In this document: positions 14,101 through 23,962 of the stretch, one piece after another
How the letters are laid out: every line of letters begins with the position of its first letter
Position numbering within the stretch: the stretch's first letter is position 1
From: Saccostrea cucullata
Taxonomy: Eukaryota
Direction of reading: 5' to 3'
Assembly (NCBI RefSeq): GCF_032062105.1
Contig: NW_026934169.1
Span: 1-64,000 of the forward strand
Length of the DNA: 64,000 nucleotides
Position numbers and translations under genes: made by a program
The notes under the pieces: model-generated
What the model was told of the DNA's origin: nothing
Database searches by the model: none
The model's input: only the letters and a program-made list of their open reading frames with translations

Positions 14101-14732
14101 AAAATATTAGTTCAAAATGGAGAAAATCCATGTTTTTTTAATAATACGTTTTTTGAATATTTTTTTTCTTTCAGTGAGAGAGATCCCGAGAAGTCAAAAC
14201 AAGATGGAGGGTTAATGATGTAAATATTTTTTCTCATTCTTTTTTATTTGTTTGTATTTAATGTTGAAAAAGAATGGTAAAATTCAAAATAAAAATAATC
14301 AATGTTTTTGTGTTTAAAAAAAATCATTCAATGCGATTGGTCCTGAGAGGCCAAAACTAATTAAATGGGTGATGAAGTAAATAATGTTATTATTATTATA
14401 TTATTAGTTTAATTTTGTTATTGAAAAGGGATTGGAAAATTTCGAAATGGAGATAATTATTTTTTTTTTGTCTACTATTTTTTTCCCTTTCAGTGCGAGG
14501 GATTCCGAGAGACCAAAACAAGATAGAGGGGTCATGATGTGAATATCTTTTGTTGTTGTTGTTGAAAATAGTAATGGAATTGCAAATATTACAATTTTTA
14601 ATTTGCCGTTTGTATGCCTTTTATCAAAAAACATTTTAAAATTAAATTTTCTATGTTATGATGTGCTATTAATTTTGTTTTCGTTTCAGTACGAGAATCG
14701 CACGGGCGCCCCCGGACTATCCGTGGGGTTAA
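8195..14732 (+). CDS. Small secreted prepropeptide, 73 aa, predicted C-terminal amidated peptide APPDYPW-NH2
   Basis: Coding exons 8195-8221, 13731-13792, 14175-14219, 14494-14538, 14690-14732, all GT-AG with matching phases (0,2,2,2), total 222 nt. Translation: MRNLYICLTVLLILHLAQARRDVMDRFSTSERDPEKSKQDGGLMIARDSERPKQDRGVMITRIARAPPDYPWG*. Signal-peptide-like first 19 aa ending A-Q-A. AATAAA at 14830-14835. Confidence 0.75.
10141..13705 (-). mobile_element. Decayed, 5'-truncated CR1/L2-group LINE (APE endonuclease + reverse transcriptase, ORF2 only)
   Basis: Frameshifted ORF pieces: LHLNIRSI, CFSENHL, GGGVMIFV, CIYRPP, ILGDPN, TLIDPI (APE); KAVGPDGI, GVSQGSVLGPLLFLMYVND, LYAGD (RT; YADD degenerated), WLLKFNPQKTK, HLGILL. 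3' end AATAAA + (TTCAA)n tail at 10141-10166. Lies in intron 1 of the peptide gene. Confidence 0.95.
13511..13537 (-). other. 2A-like ribosome-skipping motif GDIETNPGP preceding the LINE endonuclease
   Basis: ORF 13400-13705 reads LLRSGDIETNPGP, matching the G-D-(V/I)-E-x-N-P-G-P consensus. Confidence 0.85.
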
Positions 14733-15255
14733 ATGTAGCTGAAGGTAGTCAACATGCCGGGCCCTTGGGGTACAGATCCATATTATGAAAAGATGATGAC
14801 TGACCCTATGCTATTTACTGGATATTTACAATAAAGATTTATAATGCACAATGTCGATGAATTTCTACTTGCTTTGATTTATCTAACCAATAGAAAAATA
14901 TTTTAAAGCAGTATTTAAATGTCTAGAGATACATGTACAGGGCAATTCCATATGAGGGAATTATTAACAATATGATTTTACGATTAAAAAAAGCCACGTT
15001 TTACAAAGTTCGGCACTTAATATCAAAACTTATTACGTGTGTAACGTGCCATTTCATTGAATATAAAAATTATTTATAAAGTGGTTTCTATTGAGGTGGT
15101 GTAAGCAAGAGTAATTCCCACGACCGCTATATATTGTACGTCGAAATTCACAGATCATTTCATTATTCATCCAAGTTCAATTTGTTAAACTGGTTACTGA
15201 GGTAAAGATACCACCACTTTTCTTGTGAATACTGGTTTGTTAAAGCCTCTATTAA

Positions 15256-15765
15256 GGTATCCGATCCATATTAGCCCCAGATTCAATGGAATTGAATGCA
15301 TAATAGATATGTATGGGCTTAATACTCAGTGAAGTTAGAACTAATTTTTATTTTTTTAGTATAAAAATGTAAGAGTGGGACATGTCCTAATTTTTTACCT
15401 TTTCCTGCCCTTGACGAATTATCTCCCTTTGATTTTATTCAATAAAAATTAATTAAAAAAAAAATGTTCGATAAAAAAAATTATTTCTAATTGTTTTTCT
15501 ATTCCCAATGATCAAATACATCTTTCCACCACAGCATTTTTTGATATTTAAAGTATTTAATTTTTTTATCTTAAAAAACTTACTTCTTTCCATATACTTC
15601 AATGCAATTTTCAATAATTAATTTCTGCTTAGGTGATAAAATTTTTAAAAATTTCTCTTGGTAAATCCCTTTCTACTCTAAAATGCTTTAAAATAATATC
15701 AGGATATTTTACAAAAAATTGATATTTAAGGTTAGAAATTTTGGTCCTTATATGGGTCGGATACC
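15256..15765. mobile_element. TTAA-targeting MITE (Kolobok-like termini)
   Basis: TTAA|ggtatccgatccatat ... atatgggtcggatacc|TTAA. TIR 15/16, begins with two purines. Confidence 0.8.
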
Positions 15766-16046
15766 TTAAAGCTGAACACGACTCGTAAATAGGCGTACGC
15801 CATTTTCGATATCATTATCTACGATACATCGACACGAGGGTATTTTCTACCGATTCATTACACCTGACTGCTTTATTGTCACGGATATCGGCGTTGAATA
15901 GCAACCCGTGTTTGAGCTGGTTATCCTGCATTAATTTCGTTTACATGTTATTCCAGTTACGTGTTTCTGTGTTTGTATACTGCACTGTCCTGTAAAATTA
16001 TAATATATACACATAATTGTAAGTTTCTTTGGTATCTTACTTTCCT

Positions 16047-17500
16047 GCATTAGGTGAAATATTACATTATTATTGTCGTTACCGAGTACTGCATGTATAG
16101 CATACGTCCGTTCACACCGGTATCGACTGATTACAATTGGAATTATTGAAGTTATTACATACGAGTTTATTGTTCCGTGTCATCCCCTTGGTACCTTGAA
16201 TGGGACGAAAAGTAGATATTTGTGCTACTCCCTTTAATTACGAGAAACCGGATGCCAATGTCTCGATAAAATTCAACATTTAATTAATCCCATCGGAGTC
16301 TGGTCGGAGACATTTCTCGCCATTGACGAAACGTTTTGTCGTACTGAATGGCTGCTGGCGCAGTAGACGGCCAGCAAGTTTTTGAACAATAGACGCGTAT
16401 TACATGAATTTTGTGGATTCATTTGTACTCGTGCTTCGTTGTGATTTAGATTGATTTTATATTGTTTAATGCCGAGTCGTCAATATTTCAGCCATATTTC
16501 GGCAGATAAAATTTTGGCCCCAAGTGAGCCTACTCTTTTTTTCGACCTCCACAGAAACATTTTTTACATGCCAAGGGGTTTGTTACATGTATCCTTGACA
16601 CGGGGTACCATTTAATGTCCCATCCGACGGACTAAACTCGACGGAAATACGATGCTGCCTTCCTATAAGTTGACAATCCTATCCTATCCTATCGTGAACC
16701 CTGCGTCCACAATCCTATCCTGTGATTTCAGTATAATCCTATCCTGCAACTCTCAGTTTTTAGCTCACCTGAGCATTAGGTGAAATATTACATTATTATT
16801 GTCGTTACCGAGTATTGCATGTATAGCATACGTCCGTTCACACCGGTATCGACTGATTACAATTGGAATTATTGAAGTTATAACATACGAGTTTATTGTT
16901 CCGTGTCATCCCCTTGGTACCTTGAATGGGACGAAAAGTAGATATTTGTGCTACTCCCTTTAATTCCGAGAAACCGGATGCCAATGTCTCGATAAAATTC
17001 AACATATAATTAATCCCATCGGAGTCTGGTCGGAGACATTTCTCGCCACTGACGAAACGTTTTGTCGTACTGAATGGCTGCTGGCGCATTAGACGGTCAG
17101 CAAGTTTTTGAACAATAGACGCGTATTACATGAATTTTGTGGATTCATTTGTACTCGTGCTTCGTTGTGATTTAGATTGATTTTATATTGTTTAATGCCG
17201 AGTCGTCAATATTTCAGCCATATTTCGGCAGATAAAATTTTGGCCCCAAGTGAGCCTACTCTTTTTTTCGACCTCCACAGAAACATTTTTTACATGCCAG
17301 GGGGGTTGTTACATGTATCCTTGACACGGGGTACCATTTAATGTCCCATCCGACGGACTAAACTCGACGGAAATACAGTGCTGCCTTTCTATAAGTTGAC
17401 AATCCTATCCTATCCTATCGTGAACCCTGCGTCCACAATCCTATCCTGTGATTTCAGTATAATCCTATCCTGCAACTCTCAGTTTTTAGCTCACCTGAGC
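16047..17500. repeat. Recent 726-bp tandem duplication
   Basis: 16047-16772 and 16773-17500 differ by only scattered substitutions; GC microhomology at the junction. Confidence 0.92.
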
Positions 17501-18040
17501 CGAAGGCTCAAGCGAGCTTTTCTTGTCACATCTTGTCAGGCGTCTGTCTAGCTGTCCGTCTCACTGTAAACTTCTCACATTTTCGACTTCTCAAGAACCG
17601 CTAGACCAATATCAACCAAACCTGCCACAAAGTATCCTTTGCTAAAGGGGATTCAAGTTTGTTAAATACAACGGCATCGCCCTCTTTCGAGGGGAGATAA
17701 TTAATAATTAGTGAAAAAAATAATGGCATCTTTTAAATTTCTTCTCAAGAGCGTTTGGGCCAGGAAAAATGAAACTAATGTGGTAACATCCTCAGGTAGT
17801 GTTAACATGCATTTTGTTCATATCATGACCACCGGGGATAGGGCGCGGCCATCATTGACCATACCATCGAAGTTTTACATAGGAATATATAGGAAAAAAT
17901 CTTGAACTTCTTCGAAAATAGCAAAGCCATGATTAGTAATATTTATATAAAGGTAACCTCAGGTAGAGTAGATTTAGGATTGTCTAAGTCATGACCCTCG
18001 GGGGAACGGTGAGGACACAATGAGCGGTCCAAGTTTCTAA
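17483..18040 (+). mobile_element. Oyster-type Helentron-associated element (HINE/CvA-like), truncated
   Basis: Start tttttagctcacctgagccgaaggctcaagcgagctttt (subterminal hairpin), gtctgtc-type microsatellite, then repeated ctcaggtag...catgacc units. End approximate. Confidence 0.75.
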
Positions 18041-18078
18041 CATAAGTGTACATAAATAATTAATATTAGTAATTAACA

Positions 18079-19420
18079 AGGAGGATGGGGAAATGGAACA
18101 GACAACGGTGGATTGGATGAAAATGAATTTGGTCAAAGTGAACATGGTATGTAACAGGGTATTATATTTTTTTATTTAAATATAAGTAAGAAATAACGTT
18201 TAATAAAAAATGAAAGTCATCTTAACCACTGTTATTCGATATAATACAATTTTTTACAACAAAAAGGTTTATAAAAGTCTGAACTGCCAAAGTTATATTA
18301 TAATTGTATAACATAGGTTAACATAAGGCTTGATTCCTTATAATTTAATTTCAGTGTAGAAAATAAGACAATTTTTTCCTCCAAAAAATGACTTCAAATT
18401 GAGCATATTTCAAAAGTAACGTTAAGCGGAATACTGTATACAATATTATTTTCCCCCCATGTTATTTTCGCCCTCTCACACTTGCGTTAAATTCGCCCAG
18501 TCATAGTTTTATTTAAGAAATTATAGTGTATTCTTTGAATTCGCCCGCTTTAAATTCGCCCAAATGAGAATAGGGTGAAAAAAAAAACGGGGGCGAAAAT
18601 TTCCTTGTATACAGTAATGAGTTTTAACGTAACTCATAGTGATGTTAGGGAACTTATGGTATACCATGTAAGATTAATTTTGTATCCAATCAAATGACAT
18701 CTTACATGTACAACAAAAATTTTACTATATATATCTTTTTAAAAATCATTTTGACAGATTCAGGGATGATTGATGAACACTTGGCATCAGTATATAGGTA
18801 AGCATCAAGTGGTACTGAGTCTAGGTTTTCTCTAAAGTTTTCACATTCAATTATTTTAATCACTATTGAATTTATCACAGTGCAGGACAATTTGTGGTTG
18901 TCACTGTATGCAGTGACACAACAGTTGTGCCAGAGCGTTATGTAGCAGAGGTAATTGTTCATGGACATTATAAAACTAACATATAAGCTCGTGTTTTGTT
19001 TACCAAGTTCTTTTCTTCCAGCACTTCTATTTTAGTTCTGAGATATCAATTTTAGCATAAGTTTTTTCATTAGTTTTTCTTGTCATCTCAGCCTTCTGAT
19101 TCTCACACACTGATTGATTGAATTAAACAGTCCATATTTAGAGATCAAAACTTTATTTAACATTGTACAGTTTTCTAATCACATTGGATGTTTTTTTTCT
19201 TTATACACTGTGCATCCCTCAACCTTTTTCTAAGAGTTTTGAAAAGATGCAGATACCCGGTAACTTTTTTTTTTACATTAAAGAAGTCTAGGAAGAAGAA
19301 CTTCTTCTCAATTTTGTGATCAAAGACAAAACATTTTGACTTTACTTTTGGCCAACCAGAAAGGATGAAGGCTAGGAGCCTTTCCGCTCGGTTACAAAAG
19401 TGCTAGGACCCCCGATTGTC
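18079..19420 (+). pseudogene. Spliced, decayed fragment resembling a DNA-transposase C-terminal domain
   Basis: Phase-compatible exons (about 18079-18146, 18758-18797, 18881-18950) give ...AGQFVVVTVCSDTTVVPERYVAE. 19277-19420 then reads IKEV*EEELLLNFVIKDKTF*LYFWPTRKDEG*EPFRSVTKVLGPP, with three stops and a lost AG acceptor. Family assignment is from recollection of the motif only. Confidence 0.45.
18432..18616. mobile_element. Short TA-flanked MITE
   Basis: TIRs tactgtatacaa / ttgtatacagta; internal ttcgccc / gggcgaa motifs. Confidence 0.7.
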
Positions 19421-19539
19421 ACCCAAAAGTCCAAAGTTTAAAACTCTTTTATAAATTTGATAACTAAGATTCTGTAATATTATGGAAATAAAATCAAAGT
19501 TAGTGGATTACTAGTAAATACCAGTGACTGTTATTTTTT

Positions 19540-20235
19540 GTACAATATTTGAACAATAATAACTTTTGAACATTAGACACTAGGACTTTCATATTTCACC
19601 TATGTATTCTTTGTGGAAAGACCTTTCATTTGATAGCGACAACTTTGACCTTTTGACCTTGGAGATTTCCGTACTTATCAAAAAAAATAACCTTGACCAT
19701 AACTTTTGAACGGTAAGGGGTAGGGTTTTCATACTTCATATATATAATTCTTGTGAGAAGGCCTTTCATTGGATACCAAGAACTTTGACCCTTTAACCTT
19801 GACCTTGGAACTTGACATAATTTTCAAATTCTTTGACCTTGGCCACAACTTTTGAACAGTAGATACGAGGACTTTCATATTTCACATATATACTCTTTGT
19901 GGCAAGACCTCATATGATATCAACAACCTTGACCTTTTGGCCTTGACCTTGGAGATTTCTCATACTTATAAATAACTTTAACTTTTACCATAACTTTTGA
20001 ATGGTAAGGGCTAGGGCTTTCATACTTCACATATGTAATCCCTGTGAAAAGACTTTTTATTGGATACCAAGAATTTTTACCCTTTGATCTTGACCTTGGA
20101 GTTCAATGATAATTTCTAAATAAATGACATATGAAAGGGTGTTCATATTAGACACAATATGTCATAAACTATAAATCACAATTCACCCACAAAGACATCA
20201 AAAGCGGGGGACCACAATTCTTTGATTTTGTTTGT
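19540..20235 (+). mobile_element. HINE/Helitron-type fragment with internal tandem units
   Basis: Repeated ataacttttgaa...ctttcatatttcac...gaccttgaccttggag units, same family of motifs as 2560-3372. Boundaries approximate. Confidence 0.55.
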
Positions 20236-20614
20236 ATTCAGTTATCCTGAATTTGGTGTCTATGTTACTTGCATGATTACTTCTTCTAAGAGTCTAAAGT
20301 AAAGAACTAATACAACTTTGGCTTATTCCATTTTTGTAATTAGTAGACATGCGTATTACAGTAACACAGCAGATTTATAATAACTAAGTCAAAATTCAAA
20401 CGCTATTGAACATACATCAATATAATACTTCATCAGATTTTATGTTTTGTTTTAAAATTCGTAGCTTAATTACTTTAATTTCAATCACACCAAGTTACCG
20501 TACATAAAACATGCTTATTTTATTAAACTGTACATTGTATCCCTTTTCCTACATCTTGGATTATCTTTCAATAATATTTTTCTGCAAGAGGAAAGTGAAG
20601 TGACTTTATCAGTA

Positions 20615-21689
20615 TACGAGGGGTTATCAAAAAGTTCGTGTACTGAGGCTTTAAAATTAGTACCATGTAGTCTGAGCTTACAAAATTTATATGGAGCATA
20701 AAACAACAAAAAATAAATTAATGTTGAAAATTTTAGTTTGATACGTTCATCATTCCCCAAGTTATTATAAACTAAAAACGACATTATATCAGCACCCGGC
20801 GCCGTCGCCGTTTAGTTTAATGCCTTCCGACAACGTTATTGTTTTTCAATGTCTGCTTCTTCTACCTCATACACTTATTTTGATTAGATCTCCTGGAGCT
20901 GAGTAAGGACTTCAGTTCGTATTGTTTATATGACTTTAAAATGCCACGAACAGCGGCTTTCAATGCAAATACTATTGCAAATGGATTTATATAATGGCAG
21001 AGATCCTCGCTTGATTGTGCCAGCATATTTTGCTTTTTGGAGTTCAATATTTACAACACATTATCAACGTCATTTTTTGACGTGATTGATTTTTCACACC
21101 TTGACTACAAATCGACGTAAACTGTGCATTCCTTTTCTCTCTGAATATATTTTGGCATTAAAAAACAAGTAATCTGGATGCAGATTATTTCTTTTTAGCC
21201 AGTTTAAACATTTCCTGGGTGTTTATCACTTTTTCTATGTGCAAAACTTTATAGAATGTTGGTAAAGGAAGCCTCTCCCCTCTTTTGACGTCATTTTCAA
21301 GGCAATTTTTGTTTGGATACTCCATGTAAAACTTACGATAAAATTTCATAGAAATTCCAGAATGAGGTAAAAATTTAATATTTTATGGAACAAATGTGTC
21401 CCAACACATACCTTAATAAACGGGATTTTGGGATGTCAAATGTGGATATCACAATGGTTTTTCTTAGTTGCTACTTAGATCGAAAAAAACGTCATTTTCG
21501 GGGTTGCGCCGCATGGACATACCATTGCTTACAAAATCATTACTAATTTATTGAAAAATAAAATTCATTATTTGTAATTTATTCTATAGATAGAAAAGAT
21601 GATGAAAACTAGATATTTTAAAATTCATTCATGTACCTAAAGCGGTTTTAATTTTATGATTTTCATATAATTTTTGATAGCCCCACGTA
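20615..21689. mobile_element. Non-autonomous mariner-type element
   Basis: TIRs tacgaggggttatcaaaaa / tttttgatagccccacgta (17/19, including TA). A related single end sits at 9775-9800. Confidence 0.8.
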
Positions 21690-21856
21690 CATGTAAAAAA
21701 AAACAATTCTAACAACTTGTAAAATTTAGCCCTTCTGTCACACATTTTACTGCGGTTTCGAAGAATGAGTTTACTGTATCATGAAAGAGGCGTATCGTTC
21801 ACCTCTAGAAATGACTGAGACATGGTGATGGTACTCAGTATCGGGTATAAAACTCT

Positions 21857-22300
21857 TCAGAACAAGAATTGGTATGTGTTAGAATACTTTGCTGGATATT
21901 CTATTCGAAATACATCACCAGATTACCCTTCTGGAGCAGATTCCAGATCATGCCATTATTCAACGAATTTCTCATTTATTCTCTAACACAAATGGATACT
22001 AATGAACTCTTTGAATGTCTAGTTTACTCTTACTTAGCTAACATCCAGCGTATGCATAGGAGTGTAGATTAAAGGAGTAAAGCAGATTTACGTTTCATCG
22101 TAGGCAAATCCTGATATATGAACAACGCAGTTCTTTATAGGAGGAGGAAACACTGATATGGTCAGATTGAAAGGAATTCTTCTACTTTCTTTTAGAACTG
22201 TAACATTTCCAGACTATAACTCAAGACAGGCCAAGATTCGTACTTTGCCAGAAATAAAAAGACTGTTAAGAAGTTGCTGCTTTCAATTTCTTGAAATTCA
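21857..22300 (+). pseudogene. Heavily decayed Sola-type transposase relic
   Basis: QNKNWYVLEYFA, ITLLEQIPDHA and CLVYSYLANIQRMHRSVD in shifting frames. 22121-22183 aligns at DNA level with 43057-43119 (NNAVLY.EEE.L.WS). Confidence 0.6.
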
Positions 22301-22835
22301 ATGCAGAAATCTTGGTGTCGCAGGATCATTTTTTTTTCTATGATACTATTTATGATGATTTGAGCATGCGTCATCTCGTTCATTTACGGTTTGTAAATTC
22401 ATGACCTCTGGTATCACACTGTGAGAATGGAATGTGTATGGAGGTACAACGGGAAAATTTTTATTTGACCAATAGAGTTAAAAAAAAAGCTTTAATGCCA
22501 CCGTTTGTCAGAACAATTCTACACATGGACAAAATGTTTTTTTTATTTAAGAAGAAACTTTAAGGCAATATTAAATGGGATAAAATAATATTAAACAAGA
22601 AAATATGAACCCAGTATACTGTAATGATATCCAGCTTTACGTAAAACAAATTCCATTCAGAAGCAAATATAAACACAATTTCAGATATTTATAAGTCACA
22701 TAAATTATACCTGCACTCATACGAAAAGATCGCTGTAATCTTATGAAATATCATCACAGTTTTATTTTCTGAATAATGTCATTTAAAAGAAATGTCAATA
22801 GAATAATATCACGATTTGCAAAACACAAACATAGT

Positions 22836-23921
22836 TTATATAAAGCTAAACTGGTCGCTAAAATACTGGTCAAACTTCATAGCCACCTCTGTGTATCTGC
22901 CCGTGTTGTCCTCGTATTTACGGCAGGTAGAAAAGGGTTGAAAATAAAGGTGAAGGGTCACTGCGCCTTCCACGTGACTTCTGTTTCCAACGCGATGAAG
23001 ACCGTCTGCGTCTAAGAGAAGAGATGGTACTTGTCATTGAAATAAGAAAAAACAATGTTAGAATGAAAATTATATGTACAGATGTTTCCCGTGGGATTTG
23101 TTTTTAAGTTAGCGATTTCTTTTCTTTTTTTCAAGGTATTGTCAGAAGACCTTACTTCTTCGCTCGCTATACTGTAAACCAACTTTTATTAGCGGCCAGT
23201 TTATTTCGCTATTTACAGGGGAAAACAAAGTCGTGACAATTTATTTTCGCTACGAAGTTTTTCTTAGATCTCTAAATAGAGACATAAGTTCACGGCAAGA
23301 AATATTAGAAAAAGGCTCTTGCGAACATTACTCGCACGCGAATAAAAGTTGGTTTACAGTAATTCCTTGCCAAGAAATGCGTTGAATCCAGGCGTTTACG
23401 ATTATTTTTTTTTCGCCGAACTGCGTTCGTTATCTTTAACATTTTTCATCTAATAGTCCGAAAACCTTACACAAATCCAAGACTTGGTTATCAAAATACT
23501 TGCCAGTGATATGGGCTACATCGTTGACTTTGTATACGTTATCCGCTATCTTCTCCATTTTACATCCACATGACGTCACATCCGGATGTTTATACATCTC
23601 CTCATATACCTCACCCTTCAGTGTCTTCATAAAGCAGTGAGAGTTGGCGTGATTATGTATGGGGCTTTTCTGGTTTTTGTTCCAACACAGTATCATAAGG
23701 TTGTACAGTCCATTCCCTTTGTCCAACAAAGTCCTTGTGTATCTGATCAGCAAATGAATTTATAAAAAAAATTAAGGTTGTCTCAACTCTTTCAAATCAA
23801 ATAAGATGATGCAAAATAGATAGGCCAAATTTTCCTCTAAGTCAATTTTTTTAAAACTTTGAAATTTTGTTGTAGTTTACTAAATTTCTCTTAATGTGTA
23901 TTTTGAAAAAAAAGTTTATAT

Positions 23922-23962
<41 letters not shown>

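Noticed and set aside
14603-14788. ORF ending YENRTGAPGLSVG... as the true last exon frame
   Set aside because: Upstream exons end in phase 2, which selects the TRIARAPPDYPWG frame; the N-terminal part of this ORF is intronic pyrimidine tract.
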